A stretch of DNA of 64,000 nucleotides from a virus, in IMG/VR virus record IMGVR_UViG_3300032770_000015, positions 1 through 64,000 of that record; one strand, written 5' to 3'. Position numbers and translations under genes: made by a program. Below are positions 19,575-30,070 of the stretch, piece after piece. The notes beneath the pieces were generated by a model, which was not told the DNA's origin, made no database searches, and worked only from the letters and a program-made list of their open reading frames with translations. Within the stretch, counting starts at the first letter, position 1. Every line of letters starts with the position of its first letter.

Positions 19575-20072
19575 TTATGTGGTCGCGCTCTCGTGCCGCA
19601 CGAGCAGGCAACGACTGACCCACCCGTAGAACTTCGCGTATTCGGCCGCCTTGTCCGCCTCGATCTGCCCGGCCGTCCGCCCGGCGATCTTCACCTTGCG
19701 GATGTTCGCCGCCGTGATCGCCTGGTAGCGGGCGATCCGCGCCCAGAGGAAGTCCTCGGCGGCCCGGGGTAGGATGATGCCCGGTACCCCTAGAAGCACC
19801 TTCGCCCCCGGAACCCCGAGGTTCACGGCGGCGTCGAAGACGTTTAGCGCTAGGGGCTCTGGCAGCGCCTGGCAGCCCGCGGGCGTCCAGTACCGGGCGT
19901 CGTAGGCGGTGGCGGCCTGGGCTTCGGTCAAATGGCCGATGTCGAGGTCGGGATTGGCCCGCTTCGATAGCCCATACTGGGTCAGCCCGCCCGGGTCGTG
20001 CGGGTAGTCAGTCGTCTTCGCCCCGCCCTCGTGGGCGAAGATCAGCGGGATGTCCCGCTGGAAGTCACCCAT
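19575..20072 (-). CDS. endolysin, glycoside hydrolase family 108
   Basis: HEGG ... DPGGLTQYG ... FDAAVNLG. Confidence 0.85.
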   Translation of the reverse strand: MGDFQRDIPLIFAHEGGAKTTDYPHDPGGLTQYGLSKRANPDLDIGHLTEAQAATAYDARYWTPAGCQALPEPLALNVFDAAVNLGVPGAKVLLGVPGIILPRAAEDFLWARIARYQAITAANIRKVKIAGRTAGQIEADKAAEYAKFYGWVSRCLLVRHESATT

Positions 20073-20532
20073 CGGTCGTCGCCTTCCCGGGGTTCGCCGC
20101 CACGTCGTCCACGGACGACCCGGCCGCGAGCTTTACCCCGGCGAGCGCGATCTTCGAGTTGAAGAACCCCATCAGCACCCGCTCGCCGAACGCGGCGGCC
20201 AGGGCGCCGAGCGTCAGGGTCAAGATCGCCCCGATCAGGACCTTCAGCATCGCGATCCACGCCGTGACGAGCGCCGGGTCCTTCACGTAGCGCATCAGCC
20301 CCCGGACCTGCCAGAGCAGGGCGACCAGGACGCTGTCGATGACGATCACGGTCGCGTAGAAGCAGAACCCGCGGACCTTCGAATAATCCGCGCGCCCCTT
20401 ATCGTCCCAGAGGTCGAACCGGTCAAAGACCTCGTTCAGCACGAGGTCTACGCCGGTCAGCACCTGGTCAAGCACCCAGCGGACCGGGGCGACTGAGACA
20501 CGCTGGACCGCTGCCTGAACGTCTGACCTCAT
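20065..20532 (-). CDS. putative holin
   Basis: Two TM segments, adjacent to the endolysin. Confidence 0.55.
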   Translation of the reverse strand: MRSDVQAAVQRVSVAPVRWVLDQVLTGVDLVLNEVFDRFDLWDDKGRADYSKVRGFCFYATVIVIDSVLVALLWQVRGLMRYVKDPALVTAWIAMLKVLIGAILTLTLGALAAAFGERVLMGFFNSKIALAGVKLAAGSSVDDVAANPGKATTDG

Positions 20533-20939
20533 GGCTGCTCCGCCTGCGCCTGCGCAAGGGTTTCCGCCGTGTAGGTTCGCATCCGGCCGAGGAGGGCGTT
20601 CACGGCCTGGACCTCTTCGACCGCGGCGGGCGGCAAAATCCGGCGCCGCGCCGCCCAGTGTTCTAGCAGGAGCGCGTGCTGTGCGTCCTCGAGCACGAAC
20701 CAGGCGCCCGCGTTTTCACCGCCCGAGGCCGGAAGCAGGAGGACGCGCGGCTCGATGCCCGGCTGGCTGAGCCGGTTCAGCGCCCGCAGGACGCCGAGCG
20801 CCGCGTCGAGGCGCGCCACATCGTCGCCGAGCTGCACGACCGCCTGGCCGGTTCGCCCGTCTATGGTCGGAACGAGAAACGCCCCGCACAGCACAGGCCA
20901 GGCCACCCCGTCCGCCGCCGTCAACCGCGTTGCCTTCAC
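20529..20939 (-). CDS. hypothetical protein
   Basis: Follows an AT-rich intergenic region. Confidence 0.5.
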   Translation of the reverse strand: MKATRLTAADGVAWPVLCGAFLVPTIDGRTGQAVVQLGDDVARLDAALGVLRALNRLSQPGIEPRVLLLPASGGENAGAWFVLEDAQHALLLEHWAARRRILPPAAVEEVQAVNALLGRMRTYTAETLAQAQAEQP

Positions 20940-20949
20940 CCCGGGCTCC

Positions 20950-20986
20950 CGTCTAAATGGTATACTAATATATATCAGTCCCGATC
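20950..20986 (-). promoter_or_regulatory. putative promoter for the lysis block
   Basis: AT-rich island containing TATATT on the minus strand; TATATT also occurs at about 38272-38277 upstream of the scaffold gene. Confidence 0.35.
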
Positions 20987-22840
20987 TTACAGCATCTGCC
21001 AGCGCTGGGTCGTGCCATTGTACATCAGCAGTACGGCTGGGCGCGACGCGCTCAGGGTCAGGTTCGCCCCACCGGTCAGCTGCAGGCGATTCGCCGCCAC
21101 CGACCCCGTGTTCTCGTGCGCCAGCGTACAGCTATACGCGCCCTGCGCCCCGGAGATGATCAGCAGCTGCCCGTCGGTCCCGGCGACGAACCCCGTGTAG
21201 GTGACGTTCGACCCGCCACCCCACTTATACTGCGTGTAAAGACCACTCAAGGCCTTATCATTCACCGTCCCGGTATCCAATAGGTTCCCGCTCGTCGCCG
21301 CAATGATCGGTCCCGTCAGCGTGATCGTCCCAGTCACGGCCATCCCGCTCGCTGAGATGGTCAGGCCGCCACTACACGTGATCGCTGCGAGCGCAGACGT
21401 GCCCGTGACCGACATCCCACCGGCCTGGATCGTCAGCGCCTGGCCAAGCGTGAGCGCCCCATTGGCAAAGAGCGTGAACATCGGGTTCCCGCCATTGCCC
21501 ACGGTGAAGGCAACCTCGCCCGCGGCGAGCGCCTGCACGTTCGTCCCGTTCTTTTTCCAGACGTTGATGCCGGCGACGCCCCAGGCGCCGACAACCGTCC
21601 CGGGCGTCGTCGCCATCCCCACGAGCATGACCGCCGGGTCAGCCGATCCCGAGACTAGGCCGAAGAGCGCGACGCCGCCCTGCGTGCCCTGCGACGTGGT
21701 CAAGAACCCCGCGGCGTCGGTCGGCGCGATGTCCGTCATGCCGTGCGCGAGCAAGGTCTTGTGCATCATCATGAACGCCGAATACCCGGTGCTGATCGAG
21801 TACAGGTAGTACGTATTGATCCCACCCGCGAAAATCGCCGTCCCATCGGCGTTGAGGCTCAGGCCCGCGTGGTAGAGAATCGGGTTCGCGCCCGTCGCGG
21901 TCAGGTTCAGGTACGTCGTCCAGCCACCGGGGAGCGCGTAACCCGTCGAGAGGAGGATGCCCGCCGTCCCGCCCGCATTCGCCATGATCCCCGCGGTGAT
22001 CGAGCCCAGGTCAGCGCTGATCGCCGAGAGCTTCTGGACGGCGAGCTGCGATGCCAGGACCGTCCCGAACGCAGCGATCTCGGCCCGGGCGCCCGGGGTC
22101 AGGGCCGACGTGGCCGGGCTATATGCCGTGTCCGACGAACCACGGATCTTGTACTTGTAGGCGTAGGTGTTCGCCGTGTTCAGGTTAGTGTGAAGAACGA
22201 CCGCGCTGGTCGAGAGGATCGCCCCGCTGGTGTACGCCCCGCCGTTCGTCGAGTAATCGAGCACGTACAAGCAGCCCGCGGGCAGGGTCGTGCCGGACAT
22301 GTCCACGGCCACGGCCTGGTACATCAGCGTGGCGGCGGGCGCCGCCGCCGGGGCCGACCCCGCCGAGCCCGACGGCGTGGGCACCGTGTTCACGAGCACG
22401 GCGGCCGTCCCGTCGGCGAGTTGCTGGTTATTCGGCGTCCCGGTGATCGTGACCGGGGCGACGCGCAGCGTCGGATCGGTCGGCGTCGCCACGCCGGTCG
22501 CGGCGAGCTTCGAATACACCATGCCGCCCGTGTACAGCTCGACGGCGGCGGTCGTCACCGGGGTCGTGTATGGCCCCGGGTTGTAGCTGGTGCTGACGAA
22601 GCGCGCGCGATACCAGTAGGCGATGTTCGTCTTAGGCAGGATGTCCACATACTGCGCCGTGCCCGGCGGCTGCTGCGTGATCACGGCCCAGGTACCGGGG
22701 CTCGTCGCAACGCCCGGGCTGCCAGAGGCATCCATCGCGCGCTCGAGCGAGATCGCGAAGCGCGGGTCGCCGTAGAACTTGATGATGACGCCCGTGCCGC
22801 TCTGCTTATTCGGGAGGAGAAGTTCCGGGGTGCCGAGCAT
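20987..22840 (-). CDS. tail fiber / receptor-binding protein
   Basis: FN3-like segments, LSAISADLGSITAG, Gly/Thr-rich beta repeats; start revised to ATG at 22840. Confidence 0.7.
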   Translation of the reverse strand: MLGTPELLLPNKQSGTGVIIKFYGDPRFAISLERAMDASGSPGVATSPGTWAVITQQPPGTAQYVDILPKTNIAYWYRARFVSTSYNPGPYTTPVTTAAVELYTGGMVYSKLAATGVATPTDPTLRVAPVTITGTPNNQQLADGTAAVLVNTVPTPSGSAGSAPAAAPAATLMYQAVAVDMSGTTLPAGCLYVLDYSTNGGAYTSGAILSTSAVVLHTNLNTANTYAYKYKIRGSSDTAYSPATSALTPGARAEIAAFGTVLASQLAVQKLSAISADLGSITAGIMANAGGTAGILLSTGYALPGGWTTYLNLTATGANPILYHAGLSLNADGTAIFAGGINTYYLYSISTGYSAFMMMHKTLLAHGMTDIAPTDAAGFLTTSQGTQGGVALFGLVSGSADPAVMLVGMATTPGTVVGAWGVAGINVWKKNGTNVQALAAGEVAFTVGNGGNPMFTLFANGALTLGQALTIQAGGMSVTGTSALAAITCSGGLTISASGMAVTGTITLTGPIIAATSGNLLDTGTVNDKALSGLYTQYKWGGGSNVTYTGFVAGTDGQLLIISGAQGAYSCTLAHENTGSVAANRLQLTGGANLTLSASRPAVLLMYNGTTQRWQML

Positions 22841-25377
22841 CAGGCATACCCTCCGCCAGGTGTGTTCCCAACGAGCACGGCGATGCCGGTCATCGCCGGG
22901 CACGTCGGCATGACGCCGACGGCCAGGGTCGTGAAGGCCTGGCTTACGACGCTGCTGACCCCGCCCTGCAGGTCGGTCGTCCGTAGATACACCGTGTACC
23001 CCGTGCTCGCCGTCAGTCCAGGCAGGCTCACCGTCGTCGTACCCGGCGACGCCAGGGCCAGGCGCGTCGCGAAGTTATCCAGCGAGATCTCGGTGTAGTA
23101 GGCCGTGTTCCCCGGCGTCCAGGTCACGACGGCATACTGCGAGCTCGGCGTCACCGACAGGCCCGACGGCGCGGCGAGTGCTGCCAGGTCCACGTAACCC
23201 GTACCCGACGGGAACGCCCAGGCCGACGGGAGTTTAATCGCCGCGTTCACCGGGCTCGACCGCGCCCGGACCCAGATGCGCTTCCCGGCGGCGCCCGGCA
23301 CAACGGCCGTGCCCGACGCCGTGTAGGTCCGGTAAAAGACCCAATTCGGATCGTTCGCCGCCGGGATGGTCCCGACAGACGAGAGCGTGACGTTGAACCA
23401 CAGGTCCACGGGGTCGCTCGCCGCGTTCAGCGTGACGGCCACGTCGGCGAGGTGCGACGTGTCGGTGGCGTCCTGCGTCGGCGTCCCGATGGTCGGCACC
23501 GTCGCCACGACGTTCATCCCCAGGTCGAGGAACGACGCCTGCAGCGATCCGTCGGCGTTCGGCGACAGTGTGGTCACCCGCATCAAGCGCGTCCCGGCCC
23601 GCACCAGCAGGTTCGGGTCGGGCAGCGGGTTCACGGTCATCAGGACCAGGGCGCCCTCGGTCAGGGCCGTAACGGTTGCCGTCCGGCGCAACGATCCAGC
23701 GAGCTCCATCGAGCCGCAGCCGAACGGCCGCGCGTACCCGCTCACGAGGTTATTGATGTATCCCTGCAGCCAGACCGACCGAAGGACGTTCCCCACGGTG
23801 TCGTTGTCATACGGCGCGTAATGGAGCCCCTGCGCGTCGAGCGTGTACGACTTCTGCCCCATGTCGAGGCGGCCGAAGTAGGGGAACACGTAGGAGATCG
23901 GCGACTCAACGATCAGGGTCGGCTCGATGTCCTGGACGCCGCCAACCGTGCTGACCCCCTGCCCCGCCTTATGGATCAGGTCCGCGGTATCGAGGTACGC
24001 CGTCACCGTGAACTGCGTGATCGCCGTCGTCCGCCCGTGCTGCCACGACAGGCTATCGGCCGCGTAGTCGCCCGTGCTCGTGGCGAGCGTCGGCAGCCCG
24101 GCCAGGCTCGTCGGCGTTCGCGCATCGTACAGCACGAACGCCCCGGTGCCGTCCTCGTAGTACCCGAGGCCGGAGACCGGAAGGATCTGCTGCTCGATGA
24201 AGTCCTTCGCGTCCCAGGTCTGTGTGATCAGGAACCGCAGGGTCGGGAACGACGTGTCCGCGATCAGGTTGTTGATCGCCGTCGCATTGTATGCGTATGT
24301 CTGCGGGGGCGCCCCCGCGACGGTCTGATAGCCGAAGTACCCGTTGAGAATGTCCTTGATCAGCTGCGCCGGGTGGACGTTCGTGATCATCAGCGGTGCC
24401 TTAGCGGTCGGCGGCCCGCTATGAAGCACATAGCACTGGCACACGGCCCCTGCCGCCGGGAGCGCCCCGTAGTTCGGATCGGTCGCGGGCAGGGGCTGCA
24501 GGGTCAGCGTCGTCAGCCCGAGCGACGGCCCGGGCGTGACCCCGGCGAGCTGGTAGTGATACGTATTCCCGTTCAACGCCCCAGCGCCCGAGACCCAGGT
24601 CGCAACCACCCGCGCATTGGGCAACGCGCCCGGCATGGCCGCGTTGGCCGCATCATCCACGAGCGCCTGCGTGACGATGTCCCAGCTCGCGTAGTTAAGC
24701 CGCTGGGGTTGCGTGTAAAAGTACAGCTGCATCGTCAGCTGCACCGCCGTGGCGGTCTGCACGATAAACGGCAGGCTGTATGGCGCCCCCGAGCTCGAGA
24801 ACGGCCCCCACGCATTCTGCCAGTTACCCACCGGGTAGATGATCGTCGGTGAGCTCGACGAGTTCGACGGGTTCGGCCGCCCGACGAAAATGTCGAAGTG
24901 CAGATCGTCCATCATCTCACGGATCGTGAACTTCCACCAGAGCGCCTGCGAGTCGTCGCTCGCCACGTACTGGATGCGCCCCGTCGAGTGCGCCACCCAG
25001 CCGTTGCCATCGCCCCAGTCTACCTCGGCGATCCACTTCAGCCCGAGGAGCTGCGCCCGGCCGGTCGCGTCGCCGAAAAAGGCCGTCAACCAGCGGTTCA
25101 GGTTCGAGCCGCCCACGGTCGTCCGCTTATCCATCAGGCGCCAGACCCAGCTCCCGATGGACCGCTTACAGCTGAGGAAGTCCGTGTACCCGCGCTGGCC
25201 GGTCGGCGGCGTCAGGTACGCCATGTACGTCCCATTGCCGTCGCTCACGCCCTCGGCCGTGGCGACCAGGAACTTGTTACTGTTCACCGCGGTCAGGACC
25301 GTGGACTCAGTCGAGCTCACGGATCGCGGCGACATGACCCGCGCGCGAAACCGCGGCGTCAGGGAAATGTTCGTCAT
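22840..25377 (-). CDS. tail tip/hub protein with C-terminal FN3 domain
   Basis: 845 aa; position after Dit-like genes; LPGLTASTGYTVYLR FN3 motif. Confidence 0.65.
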   Translation of the reverse strand: MTNISLTPRFRARVMSPRSVSSTESTVLTAVNSNKFLVATAEGVSDGNGTYMAYLTPPTGQRGYTDFLSCKRSIGSWVWRLMDKRTTVGGSNLNRWLTAFFGDATGRAQLLGLKWIAEVDWGDGNGWVAHSTGRIQYVASDDSQALWWKFTIREMMDDLHFDIFVGRPNPSNSSSSPTIIYPVGNWQNAWGPFSSSGAPYSLPFIVQTATAVQLTMQLYFYTQPQRLNYASWDIVTQALVDDAANAAMPGALPNARVVATWVSGAGALNGNTYHYQLAGVTPGPSLGLTTLTLQPLPATDPNYGALPAAGAVCQCYVLHSGPPTAKAPLMITNVHPAQLIKDILNGYFGYQTVAGAPPQTYAYNATAINNLIADTSFPTLRFLITQTWDAKDFIEQQILPVSGLGYYEDGTGAFVLYDARTPTSLAGLPTLATSTGDYAADSLSWQHGRTTAITQFTVTAYLDTADLIHKAGQGVSTVGGVQDIEPTLIVESPISYVFPYFGRLDMGQKSYTLDAQGLHYAPYDNDTVGNVLRSVWLQGYINNLVSGYARPFGCGSMELAGSLRRTATVTALTEGALVLMTVNPLPDPNLLVRAGTRLMRVTTLSPNADGSLQASFLDLGMNVVATVPTIGTPTQDATDTSHLADVAVTLNAASDPVDLWFNVTLSSVGTIPAANDPNWVFYRTYTASGTAVVPGAAGKRIWVRARSSPVNAAIKLPSAWAFPSGTGYVDLAALAAPSGLSVTPSSQYAVVTWTPGNTAYYTEISLDNFATRLALASPGTTTVSLPGLTASTGYTVYLRTTDLQGGVSSVVSQAFTTLAVGVMPTCPAMTGIAVLVGNTPGGGYA

Positions 25378-26360
25378 GCGTACCCCACGAAGGGCGAGTC
25401 ATCGGTCGAACGGATCGTCACCGGTAGCTGCCACGTGCCGTCGGGTTCCATCGCTAGGTTCTGCAGGTCGCTGAGCACCGCAGGAATCTCGAGCACGCAT
25501 GGCTGGTAGAGCGTTGTCGTCCCGGGATAGAGCGGCGGCCGCACCTGGCCGTCGTTCCACACCTGGATCGCGCCCACGTACATCTGCCCCGTCTCCGCCA
25601 CGCCGTTCGCCGCTGGATATGCATACACGCGGTAGGTATGCCCTGCGGTCAACGTACCTGTTTGCATGACGATCTGCCACGCGGTTCCGAACGGCGTCAA
25701 CGATATGAGCGTACCCTGGCTCGCACTGAACGTGACATTGGGCGTCGCATTCGTGAAGTCGATCTTCGAAAACAGCACGTACGCCCCAGCGGTCACGTCC
25801 CACAAGCTTACGTCACAATAGTTTGTCGCCGTGCTCTGCTGCACGATGCAGGACATCGTGATCGGCCCCGGCGCAGCGGTCACCGGTACCGCAATGTAGA
25901 AGCCCTCATACACCGTAGCGCTGCTATCGCCCACGAGATCGAGCGGCACACCGTTAACGTAGATTGCTGCGGCCGTGCGCGTCGCGCTATTAAGGTTCGA
26001 CCACGCCACATCGCCAACGGTCTGCGACACGAACACGCAGTCGCCGTCGGGGTACCAACGGAACGTGTTCTTCTGCCAGGCCCACTGCAGAAACGCATTC
26101 CAGCCCGTCGGGTCGTCCCACCCCGTCAGGGCATACGGCAGCGTTGCGAGGGGCGTCCAGTGCGGCAGCCAGCGGACGATCATCGACAGGTACTGGCTAA
26201 CCCCCGTGACAAAGCTGTCTTCCTCCCCGGCGGTCGTCTCGCCAAACTGCGAGCCGCCCCGCGGGACCGGGAACGACAGGTAACTGTCGGCCAAGAGCCG
26301 GATCTGGTTAGTAAACCCGGCCCCCCAGGCGATCATCGGAATGCGCGGTGCCAGGGCCAT
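25374..26360 (-). CDS. distal-tail-like protein, paralog 2
   Basis: Shares P.IAWG, GWN.FL.WAWQKN.F.WY.D and PF.GY motifs with 26364-27338. Confidence 0.6.
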   Translation of the reverse strand: MALAPRIPMIAWGAGFTNQIRLLADSYLSFPVPRGGSQFGETTAGEEDSFVTGVSQYLSMIVRWLPHWTPLATLPYALTGWDDPTGWNAFLQWAWQKNTFRWYPDGDCVFVSQTVGDVAWSNLNSATRTAAAIYVNGVPLDLVGDSSATVYEGFYIAVPVTAAPGPITMSCIVQQSTATNYCDVSLWDVTAGAYVLFSKIDFTNATPNVTFSASQGTLISLTPFGTAWQIVMQTGTLTAGHTYRVYAYPAANGVAETGQMYVGAIQVWNDGQVRPPLYPGTTTLYQPCVLEIPAVLSDLQNLAMEPDGTWQLPVTIRSTDDSPFVGYA

Positions 26361-26363
26361 CGG

Positions 26364-27338
26364 TTAGTACCCCCGGAACGGCGTGTCGTCCGCCGCGCGG
26401 ATGATGAACGGCAGGGCGAACGACCCGTCATCCTCGACGGTCATATTCTGCATGTCGCTCAGAGTCGTCGGCGTATCGAGGAAACACGACTGCGCGACGG
26501 GCATCCCGGCCGGGTTCAGCGGCCGCACGATCCCATCATCCCAGGCCTGTACGTACCCGACGTAGACATTGCCCATGTCCGCCGTGTTCGACGCCGGAAG
26601 GATCTGGAAGTAGTGCGCGTTCGCCGCGATGACCCCGGTCGCCGCGCACGTGAACTGGTACACGCCGCCACCCACGGCGACCATGCTCAACAGCGTGCCG
26701 TTGAGCACCGACGGGACCGGTACCCCGCTCGACCAGGTGATCACGAGCTGTAGGCGCGCCGCGCCCGCCGTGCTGTCCTGGAGCTGAACACGCCAGCCCC
26801 CGGCGGCCTGCGCGGTCCCGACGGCGCACCACCAGGTGAAGATCTTCGTCGAGGTCGCCGCCGAGAACGTGGGGAACGGCGTGTAGCGATAGAATTGCTG
26901 CGCGCCCGTGCTGGTGTCGATGATCAGGTCGAGCGGCACCCCGTTCTGCGTGAGCGCGCCCTGCGTCCGCGTCGCACCGCCCACGTTTGTCCAGGCGGCG
27001 TCACCAACCGTCAACGAGCTGAAGAGCAGCGCCCGGTCCGCGTACCAGCTGAACGGATTCTTCTGCCAGGCCCACCGCAGAAAGCTATTCCATCCGTAGG
27101 CGCCGTCCCACCCGCTCAGGGCCACGGGCGCCGTCACGTCGGCCGACCCGATCCAGCGCGCGACGGCCGAGAGATACTGGTCCGTCCCGTACGTGATCCC
27201 GTCTTCCGACCCATCTTCCCCGGCGAGCCAGGCCGACCCGGCACGCGGCGCCGGATAGGCCAGCGGCGTGTCGATCATCAGGTTCAGCGTGTTCACCAGG
27301 CCCGTGCCCCACGCGATCTTCGGTAGGCGGTCAATCAC
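26364..27338 (-). CDS. distal-tail-like protein, paralog 1
   Basis: Immediately downstream of the tape measure gene; paralog of the next gene. Confidence 0.6.
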   Translation of the reverse strand: MIDRLPKIAWGTGLVNTLNLMIDTPLAYPAPRAGSAWLAGEDGSEDGITYGTDQYLSAVARWIGSADVTAPVALSGWDGAYGWNSFLRWAWQKNPFSWYADRALLFSSLTVGDAAWTNVGGATRTQGALTQNGVPLDLIIDTSTGAQQFYRYTPFPTFSAATSTKIFTWWCAVGTAQAAGGWRVQLQDSTAGAARLQLVITWSSGVPVPSVLNGTLLSMVAVGGGVYQFTCAATGVIAANAHYFQILPASNTADMGNVYVGYVQAWDDGIVRPLNPAGMPVAQSCFLDTPTTLSDMQNMTVEDDGSFALPFIIRAADDTPFRGY

Positions 27339-27341
27339 GGC

Positions 27342-30056
27342 TCACGCCCCCTGGAAGGTGACCACGGCGTCACGGCCCGCGATCTGCTGCAGCGCCTTGA
27401 TGAAGGCCGCGTACTGCGCCGGGTCGTCCATGTTCAGGAACGAACCGCCCTGGATCACGACCTGCAGCGAGCCCGCGTTCCCCGAGGCCGCCGTCGTGCT
27501 CGTCACGGCCGACGAGGCCGACGACGAACTACTGCCGCCCCCGCCACCCCCGGCGTTCGTCGCGGCGCCGGACAGAACGCCGCCGAGCGCGAAGAACGCG
27601 GCCGCAGCGGCGAACTCCTCGGCCGCGGCGCCCCACTTCGAGGCGTCGCCGCCGATGGCCATGCCCGTGTCACCGATGGCCTTAGCGAGGAAGAACTTCC
27701 CGAGGCCTTCGGCGATGGCCGCGATGGCCTTCAGCATCGTCTCCTTGAACGCCGCCGCCGCCGACTTCGACCCGTCCACCATCGCTGCGAAGGCGTTCTC
27801 GATGGCCGGGCCGAGCGCGTCAATCGTTGAGATCAGGCCGTCGGCGAGCACCTGGTTCAGGCTCGTCGCCGAGTTCTCCGCCGCCGTCGCCGCATCTGTG
27901 AACGCCTGCTTGAACGTCCGCGACTCAACGCCCATCACGCCGAGCGTCAGGCCGAACTTCTTCAGCGTATCCTCGAGCCGCTGCAGCTCGCGGTCCATCG
28001 CCTCGGCCTCGGGACCGTGCATCGTCGCCCGGGCCAGGAGCATCGCCGGGCCGATGGTGTTGATCGCCGTCCGAAACTGCGTGATGCTGATGTCGTTGTG
28101 GGACAGCTGGGTCGTGAGGTCCTGCGATTCCTGGATCAGGACCTTGAGCGCCGCGTTCCGCACCGCGTCGTCGAGGGTGCGGATCGCCGTCGTCAACGTC
28201 TGCTGCTCGTGCGCCGTGATCCCGGTCGTGGCTGATAGCGTCGTCAGCTGCGTTGTCAGGTCAGCGGCCCGCGCGCGATATTCGGCGAGCGAGATGTCCC
28301 CGTGCGTGAACTCCTGGTCGAGCCCGCGGACCTGCGCCACGGCGCCCTCCACGGCCGTCTGCAACGCGGTCGTGTTATACCGGCGGAGCGTGTCATCAAT
28401 CGCTTGCAGCGACCGGTTCAGCGTCTCGAGCTCGGGGCCGTGCAGCGAGGCCCGCATCGCGTACATCTGCGGGGTGATCTTCCCGATCCCGGCCTGGAAC
28501 GCGGCGAGCGTAATGTCACCGTGCTGCAGCTTGCTGTCCAGGTCGGTGGCCTGGTTCGTCAGGTCCTTGACCGTCGCGTTCCTGATCGCGTCGTCCAGGT
28601 TCGTGACAGCGTCGCGCAGCGTCTGCTGCTGCTTCGCGGTCGTTCCGGCGGCCCCGGCCAGGGCATTCAGCTGCACGACGAGCGCCGCGCCCCGCTGCCG
28701 GTACTCGTCGAGCGTGATGTCCCCGTGCGCGTACTGCTCCTCGAGCTCGCGGACCGCGGCCGTTAGGGTCTGGATCGCCGTCGTCTGGTTCGACGTATCG
28801 CCCTGCTGCCCGGCGAGGTTCGGCCCGGCCCCCGCCCGGTGGATGTCCGGCGCCGGGAGCGGGTTCGCCGTCGCGTCGTGGTATAGCTTCAGCCAGTCGT
28901 CGCGGACCGTCAGCAGGGCCAGGTCTACGCCGGTCATCGCCTGGTTGAACGTCTGCACGCTCTCCGCCACCTGGCGCCGCCACGGGCCGTCGTCAATCGG
29001 CGGCAGGATGGTCGGCTTCAGGTCGGGGATCGCCGCCATGATCGTGCCCAGCTGGGTCGGAAGCAGCGCGATCATGTGCTTGATGGCGTTGACCTTATCC
29101 ACCGCCCACTCTTCGACCCGGTTCAGCAGCGGCGTGACCTCGTTGATGATGTCGATCCAGCCCGCGATGGCCCCGTAGATCACCGCCTGGATCGCGCCGC
29201 TGATCGCCTTCCCGATGTCGAACGCGATCTTGAACGTCCCAACGACCGAGTCCACGACGATCCGCACCACGTCGGTGATGACGCTCCCCCACTTCACCCA
29301 CGTGGCCATATTGTCCTGGATGCTCTTCGTCTCCTGCTGCATCCAGCCGCTCAGATTCCGGCTCGCGTCGCCACCGGAGATGGACCCCGCGATTACCTCG
29401 CCCATCGCGGTCTTCAGGTCGGTCCAAGACGACTTCAAGATGTCGATCTGCCCGGCTAGCGACTTCCCGCGCTCCTCGGCGATGGTGAACATCGGCAACG
29501 TCGCCGTCATCAGCGCGTTGTACCGTTCCTGCTCGGTCCCGAGCCCGTTCAGGTTGATCCCGTACCGCTGGAGACCGTTTCCGGCGCCCTCGAGCGCCTT
29601 CGCGATCAGCGTGCCCGCGCGCTCGGTCGAGATGCCGAACGTCTCCGACAGGCCCACGGCCGCCTTCATCACCCCGGCGATCTGATCCCCGGTGAGCGTG
29701 TGCACCATCGTCGTGACGATCTGCGCGACCCCGAGCGTCGCGTTCTCGGTCACGCCGGTTAGCTTCATGATGTTCAGCGCCATCGCCTGCACGGCGTCCG
29801 ACGCATCATCCGAATACCGGCCCGTGACCCGCAGGGCGGCGTTGAACGACGTGATGGCGCCCTCGCGGTCGGCAAACGCCTCGATGAGCCCGGCACCGAA
29901 CCGCACGAGCTCGTCGGCGATGAAGCCCGAGACGAGTCCCTTCAGCGATGCGACCTGATCCCACAGGTTCTGGACGTTCGCAATGGCCGACGTGAACGCC
30001 GCGCCGGTCGCGTCGTACGCATCTATGATCAGCTCAACGATTGTGCGGTTTGCCAT
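27342..30056 (-). CDS. tape measure protein
   Basis: 904-aa Ala-rich helical protein after the tail assembly chaperones. Confidence 0.85.
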   Translation of the reverse strand: MANRTIVELIIDAYDATGAAFTSAIANVQNLWDQVASLKGLVSGFIADELVRFGAGLIEAFADREGAITSFNAALRVTGRYSDDASDAVQAMALNIMKLTGVTENATLGVAQIVTTMVHTLTGDQIAGVMKAAVGLSETFGISTERAGTLIAKALEGAGNGLQRYGINLNGLGTEQERYNALMTATLPMFTIAEERGKSLAGQIDILKSSWTDLKTAMGEVIAGSISGGDASRNLSGWMQQETKSIQDNMATWVKWGSVITDVVRIVVDSVVGTFKIAFDIGKAISGAIQAVIYGAIAGWIDIINEVTPLLNRVEEWAVDKVNAIKHMIALLPTQLGTIMAAIPDLKPTILPPIDDGPWRRQVAESVQTFNQAMTGVDLALLTVRDDWLKLYHDATANPLPAPDIHRAGAGPNLAGQQGDTSNQTTAIQTLTAAVRELEEQYAHGDITLDEYRQRGAALVVQLNALAGAAGTTAKQQQTLRDAVTNLDDAIRNATVKDLTNQATDLDSKLQHGDITLAAFQAGIGKITPQMYAMRASLHGPELETLNRSLQAIDDTLRRYNTTALQTAVEGAVAQVRGLDQEFTHGDISLAEYRARAADLTTQLTTLSATTGITAHEQQTLTTAIRTLDDAVRNAALKVLIQESQDLTTQLSHNDISITQFRTAINTIGPAMLLARATMHGPEAEAMDRELQRLEDTLKKFGLTLGVMGVESRTFKQAFTDAATAAENSATSLNQVLADGLISTIDALGPAIENAFAAMVDGSKSAAAAFKETMLKAIAAIAEGLGKFFLAKAIGDTGMAIGGDASKWGAAAEEFAAAAAFFALGGVLSGAATNAGGGGGGSSSSSASSAVTSTTAASGNAGSLQVVIQGGSFLNMDDPAQYAAFIKALQQIAGRDAVVTFQGA

Positions 30057-30070
30057 GGGAGGGGCCTTGC

